Source: Moniliella sp. 'wahieum' (lineage: Eukaryota). Taken from it: a stretch of 64,000 nucleotides of DNA. The stretch lies in contig RSEE01000018.1 in assembly GCA_003971905.1 (NCBI GenBank), forward strand, positions 744,001-808,000. Reading direction: 5' to 3'. Below are positions 12,831-25,046 of the stretch, one piece after another (position 1 is the first letter of the stretch; each line of letters opens with the position of its first letter). A program made the position numbers and the translations under genes. Below the pieces are notes generated by a model. It saw nothing but the letters and a program-made list of their open reading frames with translations, was not told the DNA's origin and did not search any database.

Positions 12831-13505
12831 CATTTGACCATTTGACCATTTTTTTATCTCTTCTTTTCTCCTTCCCCACGTTCCATTTTCCATTTCTCCG
12901 CTTTCCCTTCTGCCCTTTTTGCCCTTTTGCCCTTTTGCCCTTTTGTCCTGCCTGGGCCCGTGTGGACCTGCAGCTACGGGCCCTTGTTCCCCTACCATGA
13001 CGGAGCGGAGCAGACGGGCCCAGGACTTCATTCCCGACCTCAAACCCCTACCCTATAAAGCCTAACCGGTAACCCCCTAACCCCCTGTAGTGGTTCTTAT
13101 TTGTCTTTGTCTTTTTGTCTTTTCTTTCTCTTTATCCTTACACTACATCTACACCTACGCCTACCCCTCTACCTTACCGCTACCTTACCGCTACCTTTAC
13201 CGCTACCGCTACTACTCCACGCTTGCTGCGATCCTGTCTTTTCCTTGCATACTATTCCCCTACTTCCCCTCGACCTCTGATCAGATCATGCCATTCTGCT
13301 GGGTCCAGGACGTCCAGGTGACATATGTCACCAAGTAGTCACTGTGACATGTGACAGCCATTAGTCACACTAGTCACTAGTCACATATGACATGGGGTGT
13401 GGCTCTCGTGGCGCGTGGCGTCCAGCCACTAGCCATGCCATTTGCAAAAATAACATGCTACGCGCTACGCGTCATGGGCAACGCGTCGTGTGTCAATGTC
13501 ATATG

Positions 13506-13672
13506 GCTTTGCTTTGCTTTGCTTTGCTTTGCTTGCTTTGCTTTGCTTGCTTTGCTTGCTTTGCTTTGCTTTGCTTTGCTTTGCTTGCTTTGCTTTGCTT
13601 TGCTTTGCTTTTGCTTTGCTTTGCTTTGCTTTGCTTTGCTTTGCTTTGCTTTGCTTTGTTTTGCTTTGCTTT
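13506..13672. repeat. (GCTTT)n pentanucleotide microsatellite, ~33 units with a few slips
   Basis: Directly visible; it produces the spurious FALLC/KAKQS ORFs in the track. Confidence 0.97.
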
Positions 13673-14258
13673 CCTTGCGGCTCTGCTCTGCTCCGAATCG
13701 TATCGATCAGCGCGACCCACCGTGGTATCGTACCGAAGCTTGAAGCTTGAAGAGAGACAGGATCGAGGATAATATTGATCACCGTTCACCGACGAGTGAC
13801 AGAGTGACCTAGGGACCAGGGACGCGTCATGCATCACGTGACGCATGCTCCTGAACCTTGAACATTGAACTTTGATTGCACCAGACGCGCACGTGACGCG
13901 TGAGTACTTAATATTGAATCAAAGAAGCAGTGGCCGGTTCTGCTTTTTGTGGGTTTGGGTTTCCTCCACCACGGCGACCTACAGACCGCCTGCCCCGAGA
14001 CCTGTTGGCGCAGGCGGCTACCGTGTCGCCAAGAACGATCTGCGTTGGGTGTGAGTCGTGCGCAGGGACCTAACCCCAGCGCGCACTTGGCTCCCCCACT
14101 CGCCCCATCTGCCGCTCGGACCGGACCGAGAGCCGGCGCGCGCCGGGCCGCCCTGGCCAGCATCCTCCCTCTCGATCCGACTTGGCTGGACGGGGAACAA
14201 ACCCATGCCGTCTGTCTCGTCTCGGTCTAGGTGCAGCCCTAGGTGTCTGTCGACCATG

Positions 14259-14321
14259 GACTGGTGACTGGTGACTGGTGACTGGTGAACGTTGACTGGT
14301 GACTAGTGACTGGCGACTACG
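14259..14321. repeat. 7-bp-period array: GACTGGTx4, GAACGTT, GACTGGT, GACTAGT, GACTGGC, GACTACG
   Basis: The register is kept over 9 units while the internal bases change. Confidence 0.9.
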
Positions 14322-14652
14322 GATCGTGCATGGTGGATGGTAAATCGGACAAAGCGGCAAAGCAGAAGTTATGGTATCCAACAGGTATCCTTGCATTGCA
14401 TTGCACGACAGTACAGTGCAGTGCACTGCGCACTGCACTCGTCCCCTCCAATTTGTCTCGTTGAGCCTCGTTGTAGCCTTACTATAAACCACCAACAGCT
14501 AACCCCCAAGACCCACCCACCGAGCCACTCCGCCACCCAGCCATCCCGCTGCTGTTACCCGTTCGACGGCCACCTGTACCGGGGCAAGATTGCTACCGCC
14601 GCGCCGGTTTGCCCCGGAGCCGGTGCAGCACGACCTCAGGCCATCCGCGAGT

Positions 14653-16482
14653 TTATCCAAGACCTGTACGCACGGGCGCTGTAGCGCGTGCAGTGAGCCA
14701 CGTACGCCCGCACGGTCTCCCCCCGCGGGCCGAGACTGATGCCCTGGTCGAGGGAGAACGGGGCGAGCTGAGTGGCCAGCTGGGCAAGTGGCGCGACGCG
14801 GAACAGCACACCAGTTCCAGTCCCAGTCCCAGTCCCGCGATCGATAGTGAGCCACGGCGCATCGTCGTGCGGCTGCGAATGCGGCTGCGAATGCGGCTGC
14901 GAATGCGGATGCGACAGTAGTGGTGGGGCAGCGTCGGGACGGGTGGGCCAGGTCGGGGAAGTGAATGCGGAAGTGGAATTGGGGCGAGCGCGTGAGCGTC
15001 AGCGAGCAGGACACGGTAGCCGGACCAGGTGAGCAGGAGGAGCAGGAGGTGGGTTAGGGCATGCGGATCTAGCATTCGAGCTAGGGGTGGTTGTCGGACC
15101 GTCCTAGTTGGATTGCGATGAGGGTGCCGATGACGAGAAGCGCGAGGGAGCGGCGGCGCTGCGCGAGCGACGGGTAAGGTGCCAGGGACGCCTGTGGGAG
15201 TCCCGGTCCCGGTGGTACGAGTACGGGCGAAGGCAGCGGGAGCAGGTCCGGGGAAAAGGCGAAGCGGGATTCGGGATGGTGGGAAGCGTTTCAATGTCCT
15301 GCATGGGGGACATGGGTAGGGAGGCTTGACGTCGATGCATGCGCGTCGCGGTGCCGAGGCAGGGAGCAAGGACGGGTCAGAGGAGGAGCAAGTTCGTAGA
15401 CTTCAATTTCATCGTGAAGTCCAAGGGGGCGTGGGCAAGGCTGAGGAGAGCGATAGCCCGTCTCCTTTCCATCCACCAGGGAAGAGGGAAGGGCGGAAGG
15501 CATAGGCGCCCAGCGCGCACGCTTGAACCAAGACCATTAGTGTGGTTACCATTCTCATCGGCAGGAGGGAGGCGAGCAAGGCAAAGGAGAGGGCAGTCAG
15601 AAGGTAAGCTGTGGCGCAGCCCAGCGCCAGGCGCCAAAGTTGGCCTTGGCAGATACTTCGCTGGATGTACTGGAAGCACGGAAGGTGGAAGAGGCGGTGC
15701 GGGGGCTCCATCGCCATAGACGGGCGAGGGTAAGAAAGGTGAGATAAAACAGGGCAGCGCTGGTGTCACGAGGCCAGTACGTGGGTCCAGGGCTGATTGC
15801 GGGTGTGGTAGAGAGCCGAGGACAGACACGCCAGCAGGGACACAACAGGCAACCCGAGATAGACTGAGCGGAGCGGGAATGCTGGTGAAAGGTGGTGGAA
15901 GAGGTGGAGAAGGCATGGAGGTGGACGAGGGCACCAATTAGGCTGGCAGCCATGCTCACTGGTTCTTGCGCCCCAGCAAAGCGCAGAAAGACCCACTTGC
16001 CATGGTACTTGACCATGCGCCACTCGATCTCAGGCCGGTCCTGCAGGGCAAGGCGCACGAGATGGTCCTCGTAGCTGCGGGGCCAGGCATCGGACGCGGC
16101 CGGCTTGTTGCGCAGCTGGCGGCGCACCTCGGCACGTACCTCGGCGGCAGTGATCTCGGCCTGATTGGTGAGCTGGTGCATGCAATGGTACTCGCAGTAG
16201 TCGTTTGCAGGACCAGCCGGTGAGGCGAAGGGAAAGCGGCAGGCGGCGCGTCTGCCTGCCGCCTCGACCGGTCACTCCATCGTCCACCCCGTCGGGGCCG
16301 CACAGGTCGGGCGTAGCGGGAGGCAACACAGAGAGCGAACTGGGGTGCGGTCTCGCCGGCAGGGGGCGGGGGTGAGGGCGGGGGAGGCGGCGGCGCTGGT
16401 GGTGAGGAGGGCGAGGGCGAGGGTGGTGGTGGCGACCGCAGCCAGCGCCGCCTGCGGCTGGGAGCAGGGGGCCGAGGGCCAT
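14653..16482 (-). CDS. PER1: Per1/PGAP3 family GPI-anchor remodelling protein (CREST superfamily), divergent
   Basis: Signal-like ALAAVATTTLALALLTTSAAAS; WSC..DYCEYHCMH; MVKYHGKWVFLRFAGAQEPVS (Per1 signature, cf. QFHGKW.F.R..G.QEP.S); SALYH at 15805..15819; EVYELAPP; LDPHALTH at ~15049..15072. Several frameshifts; the 3' end is uncertain. Confidence 0.8.
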
Positions 16483-16854
16483 GGGGGGGGAGCAGGGGAG
16501 GGCGCTGGGGTGGCGGGGCGGGGCAGACGCAGCGGGCCAAAATGTCTGGGCGGGCTGAGATGGATCTGAGATGTGATCGACACGCAACTGATACTGATAA
16601 CCGATCCTCGCCAACGCTACGATGCGCCACGCTGCTATCATCGATCACGCCACACCTAACTCACACAGCCAAGAAATGGGCGCACGGGCGGAATGGAGAG
16701 CGCGGAGCGGAATGGCGGACACACACAGGCGGCGCTGAGCTGAGCTAACCAGGCACGCTCCCAGCCACCATCATCCTTTCTGCCCGGCAGAACGAATAGC
16801 CGCAGCTGCTGTAGCCTGCAATAGCTGCGCCCTGCTTCTCCGCTGCCCCGCCCC

Positions 16855-19800
16855 ATGGCCCCACGCCGCAGCTCCCGCCTCGCCGCGGCCGACACCGAGT
16901 CTGCTGTGCCTTCTGCTGTCCCCACCACTCCCCCGCATCGCCCGCCCCGCCGCGCAAGAGCAAAGCCTGCCTGCCCCACCGCCGTGTCAGCGGCCCACGC
17001 TACCCCTGTGCCGTCTGCAACGCCGCGTACGTCTCGCCTACCCACACCCTCTGCGCGCCACGAGCTAACCCTCCCTCCCTCCATCCATTTCCCAGGTACC
17101 ACCAAAAATGCACCCGCCTCCCCCTGAGCAACTCCCCTCCATCGACACGTTCGTGTGCCAAAGTGCACCAGGCAGGCCACGGCCAAACCACATTCAAGCC
17201 CGCCTCTCGCCTTCCCTCCCCCCGCACCCGTGTCTAACCCAGAGCAGCCTGCGTTGCATACCTCGCACCACCTGGCCCCGAACCATCCACGCAGAACATC
17301 CGGGTTTAGTCCAGCAAGCCACCCCACCCGCACTCGACACGCCCCCTTCTCACCCGCTTGTCGCACCCCAGCCTGAGCCTGCCCCAGAGCAGCTCCCTGA
17401 CCCGCCTGCCCAGAGCAGCTCACACGCCCCGCCTGCCCTCCTGCGCGTCGAGGGCCACAACCTGCGCAAGCGTCCAGCCAAGGCCGAGCCTGATCCCGTG
17501 TCTCCCGCCGAGCCCGAGCCCCCTGCTGCTCCTTTGTTATCCAAACACGCTCAACAGGGTCGAGTCATGGGGCCAAACCACCGTCCAAGCCGTCCTCGGC
17601 GCCTCAACAATCGCATGACGCACCAGTAAAAAACTCTTCGAATGACCACCAGGACCACCCTGATCCTCCCAGCTCGGACAGCGGATCGGACGAGGACCAT
17701 GGGCCCTCGCCGCGGCAGCGCACCAAGCGACCGCGTATTGCCACCGCTGCTTCTCCCCGCACCCCAAACCAAACCCAAACCCAAACCCAAACCCAAACTC
17801 AAAGGCGGTCCTCTGGCGTTTCAGCCCTGGCTGCCAAGAAGAAGCGTTCTTCTTCCGACGCAGCCACAGCCCCTGCGCCGCCGGGTCCTGTTCCAGCCGA
17901 CAAGAACCCGGTGCGGGCATCGGCGCTGACCCAGTTCCAGTTGGCGCTTCGGTCGGTTTTTGTCACCAGTGCGGATGAGGAAGAGGAGCAAGTTCAGCAG
18001 CGTGCGCGAGAGTATACTCAAGCGCTTGAGCAGGGCATCTGGGCCGCGTTTTCCGACACGTCTTCTGGCCAACGGACTGCCGGTAAGGCGTACCGAGACC
18101 GGTTCCGAACGCTTCTATTTAGTTTGAAGGACAAGTCGAACGAAGGGTTGCGTGCTCGTATTGTATCTGGGAGATGGCAGCTGGGGCATTAGCGGTGTTG
18201 CCGAGCGAAGAGTTGGCGAACGATGCGCTTCGTGCGCAAGTAGAAGCAGCGAAGCGAGATGCTATTCGCCAGTCCATCCTTCGACCCGATACGGGCCCGC
18301 TGCGCAAGATCACGCACAAAGGCGAAGAGTACATTGAATTGGACCCCGGTGCGATCGGCACGTCTCGTGCCGATGACGAGCGGGAAGATGCAGGACACCA
18401 AGCCTACCTGGCCCAGGTCGAGCGGGAACGGCAAGAAGAGGAAGCCAAGTTGCGCGGTCGAGGGTCTGCTTCTCGTCGCTCCGCTTCCCCGCGCAGGCGA
18501 GAAGATGGATCGGCACGGGTCGCTCGTCTCCCCAGCGTACTCAAGAGAGTGGACGAAGTAACTTTGATCTACTGGACCAGCTGGGTTCGGTCGAGGTTCA
18601 GCCCGAACCGGAGCCGGAGGAACTGGTACATGCCTCCAACGACACGAACGCGAACGGAGTCAATGCCGATGACATTATGGATGCACTGGATGAGCCCGAG
18701 GAAGAGTACGATCCACTAGCTGCGTTTGACGAGCCTGCTGCTGCGCCTTCTACGGTGGACGAGTCTGCAACGGTGCCAGCCCCCGACGCCAACCAAGACG
18801 ATGACGATCGGCCTTACGATCCATTCGAATCGGAGCCAGAGCCGTTCCCACCTCGGTCTTGTGGCGCGGAGCAGTGACCATGCCTGGCATGGCTACGTTC
18901 AGTGGGAGGTGAAGCAGGTAGGTGGGTACGAACTGGCCAAACTGAATGGGACCACAGCTGTGTGGAGCACGTTCTTCCCCTCGCCCATTCGGTCTTGCAA
19001 GGCCGTTTGCCTTCCGACGTGGCCGAGACGTACCTGGAACAATGTGCCACCGCACCTTCCTTGGCACTGGCAATTGGACCATGACAGAAACGTATGATCC
19101 GGGCGCGGTGCATATGCCTGCGGCCGGAGTGAGGAGTGAAGACCTCCACCCCCCCACCTCGGACGGAGGAGAATAAGCGCCAGTCCAAGTCCTGCTCGAT
19201 TACCTTGCACTCAAGGGTCGCTACGCTGTTTGGCCAGCACACCCCGCCGACAAGGGCCGCGCAGTGAAAGATTTTTATGTGGGAGCACTCAAAGCTCATA
19301 CCGCCTGGCCTAAATGGTTGGCCAAGGCTCAGCCAACCGGATTGCACGATGACCTTCGCGACAGCTCATTTTGGTCGCCGTGCTTAACCGGGCCACACTC
19401 CAAGAAGGTATTGGAAGTTGCTGTGCGGCACCCCGTTCGCCCACCTACCTCTACCTCCACCTCCAACACCTCTACCCCTCTTGGACATAGCCATAGCGAC
19501 GTTGTCGCCCCGCCCACAGCTGCGCTGCAAGACTTGCTGGGCCAGTTGCGCACACCCGTACCTGCACCTACACCTCTCTGCCCCTGCACCTGCACCTGTC
19601 TCTGCCCTGCACCTGCACCTGGACCTGGACTCGTGTCCACGACCGCATCCGCTGCGCCGCCCTCGGCGCAGGCGTCCAGCCAAACCCTGGAATCGCTCAG
19701 CCGCATGTCAAGGGAAGAAGCCGAGGCGTTCTTGTACGCCAACCCGGCCTTGGTGGACCAATTGGCATCGAGCTTGGCTGCTCTTCTCTTCCGATCCTAC

Positions 19801-20151
19801 ACCTGCTGGCTCACCTCCTGGTCCACCCTGGTCCACCTCCTGGTCCACCTGCGAGTCTTCCACCTGGTCCTCCTCCGAGTCTTCCTTCTGGTCTTCCACA
19901 CGGTCCACCTCCGAGTCTTCCACCTGGTCCACCTCCGGCCACCTCCCGTACATCCTACTTCTTCTGCTGGCCCTGCAAGCGGAGGCGCGCGGGGCTATGG
20001 CGCCTACCCGCCGCGACGGCCTGGGTACGAGGAGTGGGGGCGCCCGGCCTGGGGCGCCCCCGCTCGCGGAGGGTACGATGCGGGGTACCCCACGGACCGG
20101 GATGGCGCCGTCGATGATACCAGAGGATGCAGCATGTGGCATGGCGCATGA
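16855..20151 (+). CDS. Bye1-like transcription factor with TFIIS central (TFIIS_M) and SPOC domains
   Basis: TFIIS_M-like KAYRDRFRTLLFSLKDKSNEGLRARIVSG..SEELAN..RKITHKGEE; SPOC-like VLWRGAVTMPGMATF..QVGG..LQGRLPSDVAETYL. Probable intron 17027..17095 (GTACGT..GCTAAC..CAG). Pro-rich, then Arg/Gly/Tyr-rich tail. Frameshifted. Confidence 0.78.
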
Positions 20152-21358
20152 CAGTTGTCGAATGTCGATGTGGGATGTGGGATGTGGGATGTGGGATGGG
20201 GGATGTTGGATGGGGGCAGCAGGAGCAACGGCGCTGCCGCTGCACTCGCTGCGACGTGGTCGTCTCTCTCCCCTCCATCCATGAGCATGAGTCTCCATCC
20301 TTCTGATTGGCATGGTCAGACTGGTAGGACGCATTTGTCTTGTGTCTACGCGCAAGCGACGAGCGACGAGCGACGATACGAACGAGCAGAGCGAGTCATC
20401 TACAGATGCCACATATGTACTACTTGTATTATATGCTGTCGTGGCCTTGTGTGATCAATGATATAGTACTTGGTACTTAGTACTTAGTGAGACTGCAATG
20501 TAGCCAAGTAGGACTGCTGCCCCCGGCGCTCCAGCTCCATCAGACAGACAACTGGACCCTAGATCGCCCGTCTAGTCACTAGTCACTAGTTAGCCAGACG
20601 GTAGTGTGCACCCGCAGGCTGTTTCATAGCGAACGACACGGCCAGCAATCATTGATCAAGATCAGTTTTGCTTGTGGGATGGCAGATATAGGAGTGGGAT
20701 GTGGGATGTGGGATGTGGGTCGATGGAGGGGCAGGTGGAGGTGAAGGTGATGGGGACGCAGCGGAAAGTACAGTGCTTGTCCTATTTCTCGGCAGGTAAC
20801 AATGCCCTCTCTCCATACGCCTTGGGCGACATGCGATGGCGAGGGCGGTGGCGGTGGCAGTGCGAGTGCAAGTGCGATCGCCCTGCACACCATACCATCT
20901 TTCGTCCCTCCCAAGTATAGAAGCGACCCGGGCAACGCAGGCGGCGTCCACGGTGGCCATTCAGTATTTATGTATGTAGATCCTGAGGCGGGGCGGGGCG
21001 GAATGCAGCGTCACTGGTCACCGGTCACCGGTCCCTGTGGATGGCTAGTCGCTGGTCGCTGGTCGCTCAGCCTGAGCTCAGCCGTTGATTCCGCCGGCGC
21101 GGTGCACCACCCCCTTGGACCTGGCCGCGCTGCCAGAGCGGGGAAGAGGTGCGATATGCGCTGCTGAGCTTGCCGTCCTATCTCCCTCTCCCTCTCCACC
21201 GCCAGCTTCAGCTCCAGCTCACCACCACCACCAGCTCCACCTCTGCCTTCGCCTCTGCCTTCACCTCCGCCTGCCCCGTGCCGAGCGAGTCCTGCACCTA
21301 CACCGGCTTTGCCTTGCCTTGCCTGCTGCATGTCTGCCATCTGGCCCTTTCGGACCCA

Positions 21359-23319
21359 ATGATCTCTGTGCGCCCTCTCTCTCCTCTTTCCTTTGCTGCT
21401 CGTCGCAGCTGCTGACCCCCCCCCCCCCACCCCACGCACGTCAACGCGTGCGACCCTGGCCGGACCCTGCTCAGGCTATCTTCATCTTCAATTTACGTGG
21501 GGAGGTGCTCATTTCGCGCGTGTACCGTCCTGATGTCAAGTATGTACTTGCAGTCCCTCTTCTCCTTCCCCTTCTCCTTCCCCTTCTCTTTTTCTTTTTT
21601 CTTTCTTTTCCTTTGCCCCTTCCTGCGCCGTACAGATCTGACAATGAGGCTCGCTACTCTGTGCAGACGCTCGTTGTCTGATATCTTCGGATCAAGTTAT
21701 TGCGCAGCCGGACGTGCGCTCCCCCATCATCACTCTCGGTAGCACCTTTTTCCATGTGCGGCACCAGAACCTGTATGTGGTGGCGGTGACCAAGTGCAAT
21801 GCCAACGCTGCGCTGGTGTTTGAGTTTTTGTATCGGCTGATCCAGATCGGCCGATCCTACTTTGGCACGCTGGACGAAGAGGCGGTGAAGAACAACTTTG
21901 TGTTGTGTATGAGTTGTTGGATGGTACGTTTTTGGGGCGGCGGCGTTGGTTTCGTGTACCTAGGTTGGGTCGAGTTGGACTGACGCGTAACGTTTCTTTC
22001 TTTTGTTTCTTCGTTTCTTCCTTTACTTTTGTTTTGTTTTGTTTTGTTTGGTTTCTTTTCTTCTGTTTCTGCAGAGATCATGGACTTTGGTATTCCTCAA
22101 AACAGCGAGATTGACACGCTCAAGATGTACATCACCACCGCTTCGGTCAAGTCCGAGCAGGCAGTGCGGGAAGACAGTGCCAAGATCTCGATTCAAGCCA
22201 CGGGCGCGGTGGCTGGCGTCGGTCCGACATCAAGTACCGCAAAACGAAGTGTTGTCGATGTCATCGAGACGGTCAACATGCTCATGTCGGCCTCGGGCAC
22301 AGTCCTGCGCGCTGACGTCGATGGTCAAATCATGATGCGGGCCTACCTGTCGGGTATGCCCGAGTCGGTTCGGCTTGAACGATAAACTGATGCTCGAAAA
22401 AAGTACGTTGGGCTCGGTCTGGGTGGAGATGGAGATGGAGATGGTGGTGGTATGGTGTGGTATGGTATGGGGCTAACGTGTGGGAAACAGGGGTGGGACC
22501 GCTACTTCGGAGGACGGGTCGATCGTGCTGGACGATACTCAGTTCCACCAATGCGTCAAGCGTGGTCGCTACGAGGCCGATCGGTCCATCTTTGTGCCGC
22601 CGACGGCGAGTTTGAGCTGATGAAGTACCGTGCTACCCGTGGGGTCAGTCTGCCGATCAAGGTACATGCCTTGGTGGATGACCCGAGCAAGACAGTGTCG
22701 ACTACAACATTTCCCTTCGAACCTCGTTCGAGTCGCGTCAACGCTAACTCGGTCGTGTTGCGTATCCTACTCCTCTCAACGTGACCAGCGCCAAGGTCCA
22801 CACCTCCCTCGGCAAGGCCAAGTACCACCCTTCGGACAACATGATTGTGTGGAAGTATGTATTGTGTTGTGCTGTGCTGTGCTGTGCTGTGCTGTGCGTG
22901 CTGTGCTGTGCTGTGCTGTCTTCCCACTTTCTTGGCCGCGTAGGCCAGACTCTTGCCCCCCTCTTTTATTTCTGTTGCCTGGCAGGATTCGCGCAGCAAG
23001 GCGGTGCAGAAGCCACGCTGCAAGCCGAGGCCGAACGCACCTCTACCACCACGGCCAAACCCTGGTCCCGGCCTCCCATCGAAGTGGATTTCCAAATCCT
23101 CATGTACACGGCCTCGGGACTACTGGTACGGTACCTCAAAGTATTCGAACGAAGCAACTGTACGTCCCCCCGTCCCCTGTCCTCCCACCCGCTCCCCTCC
23201 CAACCTCCGTTGACTGACCTCATGTGACCTGCCCCCGCTCTTGCCACTCGGCAGACCAAAGTGTCAAGTGGGTGCGCTACCTCACCAAGGCCACCGGCTC
23301 TTACCTCGTACGAATCTGA
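21359..23319 (+). CDS. APM4: AP-2 adaptor complex mu subunit
   Basis: MIS|AIFIFNLRGEVLISRVYRPDVK, RSPIITLGST, VTKCNANAALVFEF, EIMDFG.PQNSEIDTLKMYIT, MRAYLSGMPE, WSRPPIEVDFQILMYTASGLLVRYLKVFE, VKWVRYLTKA. About six introns; the first is 21368..21474. Confidence 0.95.
22862..22920. repeat. (TGTGC)n microsatellite inside an AP-2 mu intron
   Basis: Directly visible just after the GTATGT donor at ~22855. Confidence 0.9.
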
Positions 23320-25046
23320 ATGGGATTTGACTAGTGACTATAGTAGTGACTGCGAGCGGGCGAGTGTGGCGAGGACGAGGACGAGGGGGGGCACTAGGAG
23401 ACAGTTACAAATCATATAGGCAGGACCTGCTACCAGACTGCAGGACCCGAGGTAAGTGGTAACGCGGGACCGTGAGGCAGGATGCGTAAGCCTAGTCCCT
23501 AGCCTGTGCCACCCAGGGATGCAGCATGCTACGCATATGCCCGCGCTACAGTACGATCGAGGGCGAGCATCGTACCAAGGGTCGGGCTGGGTGGGGGCGG
23601 CGGTGAGTGTGGTGAAGTATCTAAGCGTGTGCGGCGCACGTCTTGGTTGCAAGCGGTCGGCTGGGGTGGGCCAGGAGGTGTAGCGATGGTAGCGGCTGCG
23701 ACGAGCCACTGCATCGACCATGGATCCTTAATCAGGTTCATCACATTAATCAGGTTCATCGAGTTAATCACTGTACGGCTTGATTCGTTCGATTCGTCTG
23801 GAAACATGTGACGTGTGGGGACTAATTAAGGTGGAGGGTTGAAACGTCTATATGGATCTGAGATGGGGGATGTGGGCATCGATGGACCGACGCCAAAGCC
23901 CAACGCCACTTGCCTTGGGCACCACCGGCCACCTGCCTTGCGCTGACTGAGATCGGAGCGTCGTCGCATCCACCGAACTACATGGTGGGGTTCGAGGGCG
24001 GGTGTGGCCGGTGAGCGGGAGCGGGGACGGGTGATGCTGGATCGGGGGCGCAGATCGAAGTCACGTGGCGTCGTTCGCCGTGCAAGCGCCCAGAGACAGA
24101 CGGCGGAGGCACCCGGCCCACACTGGCCAGGTGCGGGCGCGTGGCACAATTGAAAAGCAGACCCACGATCGGGCGAGCAGATCGGAGAGCAGCGCCCCGT
24201 CATGCGTCTGCCTGCCTGCGTCCAGCCTGGCCTGCCCGCAAGAGCAGGCCGCAGAACATACGCCAGCATCCAGCATCCATCCCGCTCGCCCCATCGTACA
24301 CCCTCGGTCCACACGCCGTCGCCGTCTGTCTGCGCGCCATCGCCATCGCTGTTGCTGCCCACACCACCCTCCTTCGTCCCACAGCATCCACACTCGCCAT
24401 CCGTCATCTCACGCCTCGCCCGCCGCATCCTCCGTCCCATCCTCCGCCCCCGCCTCCTCGCCTCCCTCTCGCCCCGTCGCCAGGGCTGGTGGACTAGCAC
24501 CTCCTGCCTCTCCCCCCCTGCCGTCCCAGCGCTTCTCCAGCGCCGCTCCCCTGGCACCTCCTCTCTTCTCTCCACCCTGCGGCCACGGACGTCACCACCC
24601 TGACACCGGCCCCCTGCTCGCATCGTCTCTGCGGTAGCTTGAGCCTCGCCATCCCCCTCCGCCCCCATCCTCCCCATCGCACACACGCCATCATCCGCGC
24701 CTCGATCTGCATTGTAACGTGTTTGGGTACGTTGTTCGCCTGCCCGAACCCCCGAAGCGGTATGTGCCGTTGCTGACTGGCTTTGTCTTTCCCCATTCTC
24801 AGCTTCGTCATAATCGTTGTGCTTCTACTTGTGTCATTGCATCCAACTGTCTCGCCTCGCCGTCTACTTGGGCTGTTTCACCGCTAGCCCACCTTGCCGT
24901 GCACTGCTGGACTCCACTCTCTGCCGTTTCCCGTGGCTATGGACACTTCCATGGCCACCACCGAGGGCACGGTCGCCCGCAATGTGTACCACCAAGCCCT
25001 CAGCGCCGACGAGGCGTTCTCTTTGCTCACCGCCACACGTACGGGG

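Noticed and set aside
13040..13086. Telomere-like CCTAACC/CCCTA words
   Set aside because: Only 2-3 imperfect, non-tandem copies; not an interstitial telomere tract.
13387..13846. ORFs encoding FALLC/KAKQS repeats
   Set aside because: These are translations of the (GCTTT)n microsatellite.
17763..17800. (CCCAAA)n telomere-like hexamer
   Set aside because: It lies within the Bye1-like CDS and encodes a PKPKPK tract.
19800..19940. ACCTGGTCC-type repeats resembling a repeat-spacer array
   Set aside because: These are codon-period repeats encoding PPGPP/SLPP in the Bye1-like C-terminus. There are no unique spacers and the context is eukaryotic, so this is not CRISPR.
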